Shown piece after piece: positions 12,971-26,889 of a DNA stretch of 64,000 bases. The notes below the pieces were generated by a model. It saw only the letters and a program-made list of their open reading frames with translations, was not told where the DNA came from and did not search any database. This DNA comes from Octopus sinensis. Taxonomy: Eukaryota. Location of the stretch: positions 33,604,001 through 33,668,000 of the forward strand of contig NC_043000.1 in the NCBI RefSeq assembly GCF_006345805.1, written 5' to 3'. Position 1 is the stretch's first letter, and each line of letters starts with the position of its first letter. The position numbers were made by a program, and so were the translations under genes.

Positions 12971-13415
12971 ATGCATGTATGTATGTATGCATGTTTGTAT
13001 GTATGTACGTATGTGTGTGTATGAATGTGTGTATGTGTATATACTTATTTATGTATGTATGTTTATATGTATGTGTGTTTGTATGTATGCGTATATGTAC
13101 GTATGTATGGTGTGTATGTATGTTAGTATATATGTATATGTGTGTATGTATATATGCATGAATGTATGTGTGTGTATGAATGTGTGTATGTTTGTATGTG
13201 TGTGCGTGCGTGTGTATAAATGTCTGTGTGTATGTAAATGTGTATGTATGTGTATATACTTATGTATGTATGTTTGTACGTATGTATATTTATATGTATG
13301 TGTCTACGTATGTATGTATGTGTGTATGTGTGTATATATATGTATGCAAGTATGTGTGTATGTGTGTGTATATATGTATGTATGTGTGTGTTTATGTATG
13401 TATGTGTGAATGTAT
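12965..13415. repeat. (ATGT)/(TG)n microsatellite abutting the RT catalytic motif
   Basis: Directly visible. Confidence 0.95.
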
Positions 13416-13779
13416 ATGAGAAAATTTGTTGCATAGCTTGGCGTGTTATCTCTTGAGAATATAAAAACGAAAACATTCTAAGAGAAAGGATGATTATTAT
13501 ATCATATATAGAATGATTTAATTTCCTTATTCTCTGGTGTGTTAATTAAATTTCCTAAGCACCTAATGGTTAAATCTGAACCACAAACTAATTTTTCTCT
13601 GTGTGAACGGATTGAAACAGGTCTCAAGTAATAATAACATGATATAGAGACTGACAAAGCATCAATGCTTCTAAGAACAAAAGCAGATGATGAGAGCAAA
13701 CTAGATGGAAACATGGCTATGGCTACAAAAGTAGTTTACTGAAAACCTATAGCTATTTCGGCAAGGCATTTCCCCATCT

Positions 13780-14088
13780 GTGGAGGCGCAATGGTCCAGT
13801 GGTTAGGGCAGTGGACTCACAGTCGGGTGATCGCGGTTTCGATTCCCAGACCGAGCGTTGTGAGTGTTTATTGAGCGAAAACACCTAAAGCTCCACGAGG
13901 CTCCGGCAGGGGGTGGTGGCGACCCCTGCTGTATTCTTTCGCCGCAACTTTCTCTCACTCTTTCTTCTGTTGGCCTGCTCGCCTAGCCAGCGGGGTGGCG
14001 TCATTTGAAGGCTAAAACAATGCGAAGCGCATTGTGACCAGCGATGTATAGCAACATCTGATAGCCTGGTCGGTCACGTGATCACGTG
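13780..14088 (+). mobile_element. tRNA-derived SINE (family S2, GTGGAGGCGCAATGG head), full length with 12-bp TSD
   Basis: A/B-box-like head (tggtccagtgg, ggtttcgattc); 3' tandem cacgtgat; TSD atttccccatct at 13768-13779 and 14089-14100. Confidence 0.9.
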
Positions 14089-14444
14089 ATTTCCCCATCT
14101 ATCTATCTGTCTGAAATCCTAATGACGACGCTTCAGATCTTGATTTTTTGATACCATTTGTTCCATCGATCTTTTCCTATAACAATTTCGAAAGACCAAC
14201 CTTTTACAAAAAGTGGACATTTTTCAGAAAATTCTGTCTTCTCCAGTTTGTGTGTAAAGTAAACGGCACGAAACATTATTTCGTATTTGAAGTAGTTTTA
14301 GATTATAATTTTAATATACTCACATGGAGATTTTGTTTCCAGTATTTTTAAATGTGTAGCCACACATTTTCTCTCCTGTCTGTCTATCTGTCTGTTTGTT
14401 TGTCTCCCTCTCTCTCTATCTCTCTCTTTCCACACACACACACA

Positions 14445-14497
<53 letters not shown>

Positions 14498-14921
14498 CAC
14501 ACACACAGAGTTACATTTATATAATTGTTTTGCGACCATTGTGTTGTAATATGCAACAATCCCTTGATAAAATCTTTTTAATATAATCGACAAGAAAAAT
14601 CTTTTAACATTTCAAAGAACAACTTGAATGCACATACATACACACATACATACATACATACATACATACATACATACATACTATTATATATATATATATA
14701 TATATATACATATATATATTATATATATATAATATATATATATTATATAGTATATATATATATACATACACCCACACACAACACAAATACCACATACACA
14801 CCACACATATATGTAAATATGCATTATTAAAACTAAATAACTCATATACGCTTACAGGTATATAGTAGAAAGATAAAAGACCCAAAAATCAGAGAGTAGA
14901 TCCGTACATCAGTAGACAAAG

Positions 14922-14994
<73 letters not shown>

Positions 14995-15036
14995 ATTATA
15001 GAAACAAACAAACATATATATATATGTATATATATG

Positions 15037-15087
<51 letters not shown>

Positions 15088-15665
15088 GTATATTTCTGTA
15101 TGTGCTACACATTGATTTCGTGAAAGCGGGAAGCTAAAATATTCACAGTTCTAAATAGATGAAGCGAAAACTAGATTCTGTCAATCCTCCGATGGTTTTT
15201 CACGAAACCATTTTCCATAAATCTTGGAAGAGTTTCCCAGGACAATGGATTCTGTGAGTGCCATTTAGTAAACAACAGACATTCACTCTCACTATTCCTC
15301 CTCCTCCTCCTCCTCCTCCCCTTCCTCCTCCATCCAATTCCCCCTTCCCCCTACCTACTCCTTATATAAGTATGAATGTAAGTGCGTATCCATGTACGTA
15401 AATTTGCGGGTATGTACGTGTATAGGTCTATGTCTATGTGTGTGTGTGTAAGTTCTTGTGTATGTATGTAGGCTTATGTGTGTATATAAATGTAATTTCA
15501 TCTATACGTAGGTTTACGTGTAAGTATGAAGCGTGTGTGTACGCAGGTTTGTAAGTTTATCTAAGTAAGTATGTAGATTTGCGTACATGCATGAGTGCAC
15601 GTTGCTGTACAGGTATGTATGTAAGTATGTATGTATGTATGTATGTATGTATGTATGTATGTATG

Positions 15666-15696
<31 letters not shown>

Positions 15697-15784
15697 GTTC
15701 TTTTCCATTTTTAATTATTCGAATTCTTCCTGTTAGGATACAGCTGGTTTTTAACAAACATACAAAGCTTCATCTTTAAAATGT

Positions 15785-16060
15785 AGGTAGCAAAAACATT
15801 ACCACATTTAGAACTTGAGAAAAGTCTTGCATATTTTTACTGTACCACTCACACATTGTATTCATTATGTGCTGGTTAGCGGGTTAATTTTTTTTGTATT
15901 TTTCTTAAAAGCCTACCGCTTCGAGATTCTGACTTAGCTATTTACTCACAAATCCAAGTGCAACAATTATTGTTGGTATGAATGTGAATTTCTTATCTGG
16001 ATATAGAAGCTAAAGGTTTCGAAGTCACTGTCCGTCGCCCTCTACTTCCATTATCTATTT
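15785..16060 (-). mobile_element. R4/Dong LINE 3' end fragment
   Basis: acatttagaacttgagaaaagtcttgcata nearly identical to 11412-11441; encodes GTVKICKTFLKF. Confidence 0.8.
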
Positions 16061-16314
16061 TAATCTGTTGCATATAACTGCTTTATATTCAGCCAGGCGG
16101 CTTATTGCAACATCAATAATTTTTCGATTACTCTTTTCCTACATCAGTGGTGACGGATTTTGTTTAATCCAGTGGATGGCAGTGAGTGTATATTACTGAC
16201 GAAACCCAACCATCGAGAGAGCCTTTGAATTTAACCAAGCCTTAGAGGTTTTAAACACCTCTAACTTATACCCCCCACACACACCACATACACACACACA
16301 CACACACACACATA

Positions 16315-17095
16315 TTAGGTCGTCAAGTAGGAATTTGTAGAAAAGAAAAAAAGTTTTCTAATGTTTTATAAATACAAGGAATAGTTTTATTCAGCAAAGT
16401 ATGCACCCATATCGTCAATACACTTTTGCCATTTTAGTGGTAGCTTGTCCAGCCCGGGACTGTAAAAGCCTGGCAATCTAGAGTCAATAAAATCTTGGAA
16501 GGCCTGTTTTACAGCGGCATCGGAATTAAATTTTTTTCCTATCAAAAAGTTATTCAAATCTTGGAAGAAGTGGTAGTCAGTGGGGGCAAGATCAGGTGAG
16601 TAGAGTGGATGATGGAGAACTTCCAATCCAACTCCTGTACTTTCGCCAATGTCATTTTTGCGATTTGTGGTCTGGTGTTTGTCTTGTAATAAAATCGGAG
16701 TGGATCTGTTGACTAATCTAGGTGGGGTTTTTTTTGTAAGTTTCTGCATCATTTGGTCCAGTTGGCTGCAGTATACTTCAGCCGTGATTGATGAGCCGTG
16801 ATTAATGAAATCATAATGGATCACACCTGCGCCAGACCACCAAACACGTACCATCAGCTTCTTTTGATAAATTTTGCTTTTTGGACTGTGTTTTGGTGGC
16901 TCGTCTTTGTCCAACCATTGAGCTGTATGTTTACTGTTGTTGTATTGGATCCATTTCTCATCACATGTTACAATTCGATTAAAAAATGATTCATTTTTGT
17001 GTTGAGAAAGTTGCACAATGCAGGCTTCCTAAAATTGTTGTTTCTGATTTTCATTGAGTTCATCTGCGACCTGCTTATCCAACTTTTACACTTTA
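16315..17095 (-). mobile_element. mariner DD34D element, 5'-truncated
   Basis: RIVTCDEKW, LLQD-x34-D (YSPDLAPTDYHFF); terminal ta|ttaggtcg TIR start at 16315; ORF 16387..17016. Confidence 0.92.
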
Positions 17096-17329
17096 ATGAT
17101 GTCGCTGGAGAGCACATGGAATCATGTGAAGTTAATTACTGAAATTTAGATATTCTTATATACTCAACCGCTATTACTCTTAAAGAATACCTAGGAGAAA
17201 TCTACAGTTGAACAAAGTAACGAAATCACTAAACGGAAGCAACCTAGATGGAAAACAACACTTAAAGAAACCGTCAACAACGTGTGCCGCCATATTGGAT
17301 GGTTAACTGCAACAGTAAATTGTAAGGAG

Positions 17330-18135
17330 AAAAATGAGTCTACATTTCACCAACTCTAGCTTAGACAAAGATTAACGAAACTTTATGGCAACTCTTCACA
17401 CCGAGCTTTTGAGGGAAAGTTAATCAATTTAAAACACGAACTCAGGACGATGAGCGAGAATTTTAAACGAGCCAGTATCAATCGCAAGTTTGCTTCCAAC
17501 TCACAAACATTATACAGAGAGATGAGGAAGGAAACTATTACCATTAAGAAAGCTCCCTCCTAAGAAGATCTACAATTATTCTGGTCAAAAATTTGGAACG
17601 AAAAGAGATATTTCAACCTGAATGCATCATGGTTAAATACAAATGAGAGAGAATATTGTACCAACACTAACAGCAAAATATACAAAATTGATGCAGAAAC
17701 CTCCGCTGCAGCAGGAGGCAAATTGCAAAATGGGAAGGTAGCTGTAAGGTCATTTATGTCCAATGCAACCTGTTACGTATTGGTGGCGAAACAATATACA
17801 CTGACATATTAACAAATACCAGACAAACACAAAGAAATCTTTTGTCATTAAATATATATCAAAATAGGGAATATTGGTAGAACAAGCCTATTAAAACTTC
17901 CATCAAGTGAAAATAGACCTGATTGTTTAGGGTAGAAAAAAAAAGAATAAAAACAACATTTACTGTCATAGAAATCAACAGCCCTGAAGATGAGAACATT
18001 TTTTTCAAAATCAACGAGAAGATTTAGTGAGAACCATTTCGAAACCTGCAGTTTCTCTACTCAGATTATAAATTCCCATTTTGTACCAATAGTTATTGGT
18101 GCACTTGGTTAGGTTAGTAAATGCTTATGTGACAA
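17330..18135 (+). mobile_element. R4/Dong LINE, internally deleted and decayed
   Basis: NRKFASNSQTLYREM...FWSKIWNE...NASWL pre-RT region, then NRPD...LQFLYSDYKFPFVPIVIGALG endonuclease remnants. Confidence 0.75.
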
Positions 18136-18620
18136 TCGAGAATAGTTCTTGATGAGGAGACAGGCGGAAGGAACAGAGTCGGGTGATGCATGAAACAATA
18201 TTAAATAGATCAAGTTTTGGTGTGGGAAGCGTTGTGACAGTCGAGAATAGTTCCGATTCTCAGGCAAAGAAAGCTATCAGCTGACACTTTACAAATACAG
18301 TCTAGAAGCGCAACACTAAAAATAACTTGCAGCACTTTTCGATGCTGTAATCAAAATTTAGCGCCGGAGTTTTGTTTCTCTTCTAGAAATGAACTCTTTC
18401 CTTCGAGGATGATTTTAATTAAAAAACCCAGAAGGAACGGTAACATTTACAGTCATACATAACACTGTATAATTTGAGAGGAAAAGTTAAGAAGTCGTGT
18501 GGAGAAAGAGATTGAAATTGTATGTGTTTATGTCTGTCTTGTGCGAGTATCTGAGTCTGTTTTTGTGTGTGTACCTGTGTGTGCTTGTGTGTCTGTATGT
18601 GTGTCTGTATGTGTGTGTGT

Positions 18621-18659
<39 letters not shown>

Positions 18660-19370
18660 GAAGTTGTGTGTGTTTATGTGAATTTGTGTGTGCGTAGTTG
18701 TTTGGTCAGCTCTTAACAGTGACGAGGAGCAGCAATGCTAAAATCTGAATGGTAATCCGGAAATCCTTGGAGGATCCCTTGGCGTAATTATATTCTTTCT
18801 TCCGTCTTTGGGCCATTGGTGGATTGTCTAACAATAGCCATCATCCTCATGGAGTTGTAGAAACGAAGCTTAGAGTTGCTGACATCCAGTATGGAGAGAG
18901 AGAGAGAGAGGAGAGAGAGAGAGGAGAGAGAGAGAGAGAGGGAGAGGGAGAGGGAGAGAGTGTGTGTGACGTGGGGTCGGCGAAGATGACTTGCGCTGGA
19001 GACGGAATTGAAGAAAATTGTGGAATTAAACTCGGCTCAGAATAAATTGCCAAAGACATTGGTCTGTGAAGGATTCGGGGATTACTGGAAGATCTTGGTT
19101 AAAGTTTTATTAATTAGGAAGTCACTATTGACAAATGATCCCTGCTCAAGATGTGTTAGTCATGATTGATGGTGACTGAGAGAAGGGAATTGGGAGAAAT
19201 AATGAGGGTGGTGGTGGTGGTGGTGGAAATAAAAGAAAGAGAGAAGGAAGAAACGAAGACATGAAGGAAAGAGTGAGAGAGAGAGAGACAGAGAGGGGGA
19301 GAAGAAAGAAATTGAGGATTTAAAAAGGAGTATTATATAAAATAGAAGGCAATATATACGGATTATATAC

Positions 19371-19401
<31 letters not shown>

Positions 19402-19848
19402 ACACAAAGAGGAAGAGAGGGAGAGATGAGGAGAGACAGAGAGAGAGTGAGTGGAGGAGAGAAAGAGAAAAGATGGAAGACAGAGAGAGAGAGCGAGAGA
19501 GAGAGGGGGGGAGAGTAAAAGTAAGGGAACGAACCAAATAGTGAAAAAACGAAATAAATAAATAAAGGCGAAGAACAAATAATTATAAAGGGGAAATTAG
19601 GATTTGAATTATTGTGCGGTGCATGCGCGCGCACGTGCGCGTGTGTGTGAACGTGTGTGTCCGTGTAGCATTATGCAGAGACACGCACATATGTACATAT
19701 GTTTGTGTGGGTATGTTGTGTGTATGTATATATATGTGTGTGTATATGTATTCAATTACATGTGTGTGTGTATACGAATGTGCGTGTATATGTGTGTACA
19801 TGTGCATGTATTGCTTTATGTGCATGCATGTGTATATATGTGTATGTT

Positions 19849-19879
<31 letters not shown>

Positions 19880-21479
19880 TTGTGTGTGTGTGCGTGTGTA
19901 TGTGAATGTTCCCTGGTGCTCATGTTGCGCAGAGAAGCCGAGCGCATTTAAAGTTTTATTACTTTAGAAATGAACAGAACATGACGGAACCAGCTGGGAT
20001 CAGCTCAAATGTTTTATTAAAGCCAAATAATAGAGGTTCTCGGCGAAGAAAAACATACTTGCCATAATTTAAAAGCAAGGCTTCAACTGCTGGTTTGATA
20101 ATCTCATATTTTCTCTGGTTCCACTTTGGTATCGATCAATTGTATGTTCAATTAATTAGACACTCCTTTCAGAAGGGAGAGCCACTATCATGTAAATTAC
20201 AAATATGCACAAGGTTTCACAAAATCATGAAGGGACCAGTAGCAGGTCAATCGTTAAACTTAAGCATGGCTTATGAGTAGGGTTAAAACCCTTCGAAAAA
20301 CGCAAAAAGGGATTTTAAAAACATGATCAAAAATACAAAGTAGCAAACATCTTGAGAGGACTCAATACTGGTCAAAATTGAGTAAAATTTATAATATATT
20401 GAGATTGGCTCCCAGTTCAAATCTGGCCTCTTTGAAGCTTCAAACCGTTTTCAAATGTCACCTCTCCAGATTTGCCGTTAACACTTATACCCCGCCCCAC
20501 ACACGTGTATGTGGTATGTGTATGTGCGTCGTGTTTGTGGTAGACACCCGATTTATCATACTTATTTTATATCAGGAGTGAAAATCCTGCATTATAAAAC
20601 ATTTCCATTAGTCCCTCTCAGAACTGTAGTCCCCAGGAATTATTTTTGTTTTTACCAGTCGAATGCCATCAATCTAGAGGATCTGAAGATCTGTTGGGTA
20701 CCACCCGACTTACGCCAAAACCAATATGGCGAAGTTCTGATCCGTCATAGCTGCGAATCGTAGTTTAGGTTTATGATTGACAGTAGCTGTACTTCTCACT
20801 CCGAGTAGGTCCAAGAAGAAACAGTCATACAGACCCGTTGTTTTGTCGGGTATTAAGAGTATCATGATGGTGATGATGATAATGATAATGATGATGATGA
20901 CGATGATGACGATGATGACAGTTAACATGACAGTTCAGGGAAATCTCGGAACTTTCTGAGTATTTCAATCAGCTCCTGGAACACCCATTTTATCGGTAGA
21001 AAGATATTTACTTATTACTGTTACAAAAGTAATTCTGAAATTACAATTCTTCGCATTTTCTTAAGAATGATAATGTTTACGAATGTTTACGGATGTCTTT
21101 GATGAGTTTGGAGAAGCGAAGTTATGATTCAGATTTTAGAATTTAATGGATTTCTCTTGTCAAACCTGGCAACACCAAATTTACATTGGAAAGAAGAAAA
21201 CATATTGTTCATATAATGACGATTCGTGTTTTTAACTAAAAAACTTAAACATATTTCCCATCTTCGAAGATGATTTTAAACAATAATGCATTTTTTTTCG
21301 AAAACATAAAGTCAGAGGATTTAATGAGAATAAAAATGGTGAGTTGTGATGTAGACTTTATGCATTTCCAGCTGAGATGGATTAAGGAAATAAATATTGT
21401 GTAACTCAATACAATAGCAAAAAGACACAAGGTGGGTGGAGGAGATGTTTGCTCCAGGAGAGGACGCTGGTATTTTAGA

Positions 21480-21690
21480 TAGTGATTCTCTATCTTTTAG
21501 CTTTTACTTCTTTCATTCATTAGAATGCAGCCATGCTGGGGCACTCTCTGGAAGTATTTTTTGGTTGAATGAATCGACCTCTGCATCCATGCTGTCGGCC
21601 ACTTTGCCGAACCGCTAAGTTACGGGGGCCTAAACACACCAACGTCGGTTGTCAAGTGGAAGTGGACAAACGCAGACACAAACGCACACA
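21480..21690. mobile_element. SINE-like dispersed repeat (family S4: gccgaaccgctaagttacgggg...aaacacaccaac body)
   Basis: Related sequence at ~42245-42400, and as a reverse-complement fragment inside the MITE at 26890-27020. Confidence 0.65.
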
Positions 21691-21717
21691 CACACATACA
21701 CACCCACGCACACACAC

Positions 21718-21756
<39 letters not shown>

Positions 21757-22124
21757 TAATAAGGGTAGAAATTGATACTAATCAATTAAAACCAGTGGCT
21801 TAGCATATTTAAAAAATCCGAAGATTAAAATTTAGAGGACTGGCCACTAAAGTGGACAGCCTATATGCTAAACATAGACGTCAAATCGCCATTACCACGA
21901 AGAATGTGTTCTCAAGAAAAATCTCAGCAAAAAAAAAATAAAACTGTAAAAATAAGCAAGACAAATGAAAATATACGAAATAAAAAAACGATTACCTACG
22001 TACCATTGGTTTCACTTGTTAATATTTACGTATATGGACACGCAAATATCTGCAAGATCGTCAGCATAGTCTGTCGTTTACAAAACATAATTTCCAGAAC
22101 TAGATACAGAATGCTCAACCGATG

Positions 22125-22181
<57 letters not shown>

Positions 22182-22249
22182 ATATATATATATTATAATA
22201 TATATATATATATATATATAATATATATATGTGTGTGTGTATGTATATA

Positions 22250-22300
<51 letters not shown>

Positions 22301-22312
22301 GTATATATGTAT

Positions 22313-22470
22313 ATACGACGGGTTTCTTTGATTGCCGTCTACAAGATCCACTCACAATGATTTTGGTCAGGGCAAGGTGATAGTAGAAGATACTTGCCCA
22401 AGGTATGAAGCACTGGAAATGAACCCAGAACCATGTAGTTTGGAAACAAACTTCTTACCACACAACTACC
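22313..22470 (-). mobile_element. CORE-like tRNA-derived SINE (family S3)
   Basis: Reverse complement contains ccttgggcaagtatcttct (CORE-like) after a tRNA-like head; sister copy at 51530-51660. Confidence 0.75.
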
Positions 22471-23193
22471 TCCCAGCTATGTAGATCTAATCAAGGTTAA
22501 TTAAACCAACGGAAGAATAAGTTTCTTCCTGGATGAGACATTACGGTGGTTATTCAACTATCTCAATCTCCAAATCTCCAGACAGACTGCTAAGTGAATT
22601 TGTGGTAAGGCAATTATTAAAAAAAAACCCCAAAAACAATTAAGCAATGAATAAATAAATAAATCTTAAAAAACAGACGGTAGAATTATTTATATGAATA
22701 CTCGATGGAGCAATAAATATTACGAGGAATCATGAAAAGCCGCGAGAATTAAAAGTTGTTACTAAACAAAAGTAAAAAAAAAAAAAGAAAAAAAAAAAGA
22801 AAACGAAAATTAGTGTTGGGAAAAAGATGGACTGATGAAACGTTTCAATTAATCTTTGTCGTCTTGAAATTCACTTGAAGTAAAAATCAATAAAGAATCA
22901 TTTAATTTTTATATAAAAATTCACATTTTACTTTAAAAAAAATCGATTGTAAAACACAATAGCAGACTCTCCAACTTGACCTGGCCCTCCTCCGTCTTTT
23001 CCCCACGATCGATCTTTTTACAACCCCCACTCCACCCCCCCAAAAAGCAAGAAAAACATACAAAAAAGCATGCATACACATATACACCACTATACAAAAT
23101 ATGCATACACACAACACATGCATAACGTACACACACATATACGCACGCATGTACAACACACATTCATTTACATACAAACACATATATATATAT

Positions 23194-23420
23194 ATTTCTT
23201 TACTACCCACAAGGGGCTACACACAGAGAGGACAAACAAGGACAGACAAACGGATTAAGTCGATTATATCGACCCCAGTGCGTAACTGGTACTTATTTAA
23301 TCGACCCCGAAAGGATGAAGGGCAAAGTTGATGTCGGCAGAATTTGAACTCAGAACGTAGCGGCAGACGAAATGCCGCTAAGCATTTCGCCCGGCGTGCT
23401 AACGTTTCTGCCAGCTCGCC
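23194..23420 (-). mobile_element. tRNA-derived SINE (family S1, GGCGAGCTGGCAGAA head)
   Basis: High similarity to copies at 46773, 53282 and 63745; B-box gagttcaaattc. Confidence 0.9.
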
Positions 23421-23542
23421 ATATATATAGATACATAGATACGTATGTATTGAGTTCTATAAATTATCGCTTCTAGATGAGTGAACAGATATATATATAT
23501 ATATAATATATATATATATATGTGTGTGGTGTGGTGTGTGTG

Positions 23543-23579
<37 letters not shown>

Positions 23580-23714
23580 TGTGTGTGCATACATGTGTAT
23601 GTGCTGATAAAGATATAGATATGTAAGCACATACATACGCGCAGATACTTACACATACATACGCACGCACACACACGCACACACATGTCATGCTTTTGCA
23701 AGATGCTTGGAGAC

Positions 23715-23792
23715 AGTGACTTCGACGCGTCGGCTGCTCGCCTTCGTCTGATAGTCCGATGATCGCGAGGAGGCTGAAACGTCGAAGTCACT
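23715..23792. repeat. Inverted repeat made of two decayed hammerhead-like motifs head to head
   Basis: Perfect 13-bp IR agtgacttcgacg / cgtcgaagtcact; each strand carries a degenerate core, stem II and GTC. Confidence 0.6.
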
Positions 23793-23901
23793 CTTACTAT
23801 TTCTCTTGTAAAAGTATAATATATTCTCTGCAAAGACTGTTGAATGTTTCTTCAGTTATTGTTAAATTGCTTTTTAGGGTAACTAATGACAAAAACAAAC
23901 A

Positions 23902-23940
<39 letters not shown>

Positions 23941-23990
23941 TACATAACACAACACACACACACATATATATATAACATAAATACATTATA

Positions 23991-24047
<57 letters not shown>

Positions 24048-24251
24048 TGTATATGCATAGAGCACACACAGGAACGATTATTAAAAATTAAATTCCTTAC
24101 ATAGATATATTGTCAAGGGAGAGAAGCGATTAAGTGGTGGGGGGAGGTAAAATCGATACTCGTCGAAGCCAATACTACTAATACTGCTGTTGCTACTACA
24201 AAATCAACAGCAACCACAACAACCACAACAACAACAACAACAACAACAACA

Positions 24252-24301
<50 letters not shown>

Positions 24302-24765
24302 AACCACTACTACTGCTACTAGTCATCGATATAAAAACACGTTAAAGGCAACATGTCCCTTATTAATACTCAGTGTCTCTTATTTAGTGATTTTGTTTTA
24401 CGTTGTTAGTGATTCTTCCTTGTTTTCTATATTAATTATTAATATTTTTGCTTCATTGTAATTAAGCCCAACGGCTCTAATTCTGGGAAAGAAAAAAAAA
24501 CTGTCAAGCTGTGATGTTCATGCCTTTTTTCCCAAGTGTATTAGCAGAGTCAGTGAAGTAAAATGGCCGTCGTCAACCTCGAATTACAATACGATTACAT
24601 CTTGTATCGGACTCGACGTCACACTGCACTATTAATTTATTAATTAGGCTAAACTCTTGTCATTCAACGCGCTTAATGGCCAGCTAGCTGTTCGTCTATT
24701 CCCATAGGCAGTCTTCATCGTTTCATGGTTCTGTCGCTCTATCCATCTCTGCTACAAACGGCGCC

Positions 24766-24824
<59 letters not shown>

Positions 24825-24834
24825 ACCGTCATAG

Positions 24835-25940
24835 TGTCGTGCCACAAGCACATCGACCTGATCGGCGAGACACTAAAATAATACGAAGCAATAACGGGAG
24901 CAAAAATTAACCGGGAAAAGTCAGTGGGCTTGCGGCTCGGTACCTAGAGAAGCAAGCCCATGCTATCCAACAGCGTCTCCATCGTGGGACACTGGACCGA
25001 CGGACCGGTTAAATTGCTCGGAGTCTGGTTCGGTCCGGACCTCCAAATGGGGCAAAATAACGACTAGGGTGGACACTCTCACCCAGCAATGGGCTGAGAG
25101 AAAACTATCCCTAAAAGGTCGGGCGGAGGTGGCGAACGCGTACATCGCATCCGTCATCGAGTACCGTCTGACTGTCGTGCCTTGTCTCGACCCTACCATC
25201 ACCAAACTGGAACGCATACTCTTCCGCTTCTTGTGGAAGGGAATAGTTCCGATGCTTAGGCGATACATTTGTTGTCAACACCCGCTAAATGGAGGGCTGG
25301 GCATGCCGTGGTTGATGATGTGCAGACATGCATTGAGACTGCGACATCTCCGACGGTGAACAGGTGTGGTCGTCGTTTGTGCGGCGCGCTTTCCCACTGC
25401 TCATCTCCTTGGCCGAACTGCAGTCGTGTCTCAAACAGAGACCGAGGCTAGGCGAATGGCACCGCGAGTGTCGTGTTGCTTCCAGGCAACTCTGCTGTCT
25501 GGGACTAAACTTGTGCGACTTCATTACAACAAAGGCATTCTATAGAGGATTAGCGGAGGGGAGGTGCGACGACACTCTCGGGCAGAATCTGGGCGTCGAC
25601 GAGGAACATCTGACCTGTACAGGACAACTTTCGGGCCGGGACCTATGGACAGTCACTAAAAATCCCTGGCCTGGCAGTGCTATCGAGAAGCATTACCTGT
25701 TCGGAATAAGCTCTACAGGCACGGTTCGAGACACACCAGACCGTCTTGCCCAAGATGCGGTCAGAGCGACGAAACCGTTCTGCACGCACTCGTGCAGTGT
25801 CCAACCATTTCGGACATGTGGGCTTATGCCGAATGGCTGCTGTCACGTGTGGGACGAGTCCGCCTGTCGGCCGAATCTATCGTGACAGTTGCTCCGCCAA
25901 CTTCCCTCAACCGAGAAGGCAACATGTAGAGTTGCAGTCA
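24835..25940 (+). mobile_element. L1/Tx1-clade LINE, RT C-terminal fragment
   Basis: GAKINREKS, VKLLGVWFG, QQWAERKLSLKGRAEVANAYIAS, LFRFLWKG, GGLGMP, and CPRCG..ETVLHALVQC zinc knuckle. Confidence 0.88.
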
Positions 25941-26761
25941 TAACAACTGTGACAAAAACCACGAAACCCATAAAAATGTGCCTGAATAAGGTTTGACGTA
26001 AGAGACTAGAAGGGTAGGAGGGAGGGGGGGATTGGTGATGTAAGAGAGCGAAAGGGGGAGGATGGGAAGTGTGAGGAGGAGGAGGAGGAGAGACGACGGT
26101 GAAGATGAAGAAGGAAGAAAATAAAATGAGCCAAAACATGAACAACAAAAGCAATGACTAGGAAAAAAAGCGCTGACTATCTCTTACCGCCATGACACCG
26201 GCACCAGCAGCAGCAGTAACATCACCACTACCACCATCAACACCACTTCTAACAACAACAACAACAGCAGCAAAAATAAAAATTATTACTATTAAATTAA
26301 AGAGGAAAGCTGCACGCTTCATTGCACACGCATAAACACACAGGAAAGAGACGCATTGCTTTGCATACATATACACCCGCATTATGTGGACAGGCACTTA
26401 CACACACGCACACTTAAAAACACACGCATACGCGCAAACACATGCACACGCACACATACACATATACGCACCACACACACACACAACACGCACACACACA
26501 TACACGCACACACAGACACAACACGCACACACACATACACACACACGTACTCACACACGCATACACACACATACACGCACACGCACACACACACATACAC
26601 ACACATACACGCAGACACACGCATATGTGCATACATGTACACACACATACACGTATACACACACGCACGCAAACACACATATACCCACTCACACACTCTC
26701 CCTACACACGCACACACACATACAAACACACACACTCCCCACACACGCACAAACACACACA

Positions 26762-26853
26762 CGTCATTTGAAGGCTAAAACAATGTGAAGCACATTGTGA
26801 CCAGCGATGTGTAGCAACATCTGATAGCCTGGTCGGTCACGGTGATCACGGTG
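26762..26853 (+). mobile_element. 3' fragment of SINE S2
   Basis: cgtcatttgaaggctaaaacaatg...ggtcacggtgatcacggtgat matches ~13999-14088. Confidence 0.85.
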
Positions 26854-26889
26854 ATATATATATATATATATTATATATATATATATATA

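Noticed and set aside
13440-13740. Continuation of the R4/Dong RT upstream of the microsatellite
   Set aside because: Only weak resemblance (PVSIR, GNLIN); not enough to extend the annotation
20725-20745. YY1-like promoter word (caatatggcg)
   Set aside because: A single short motif with no supporting gene start
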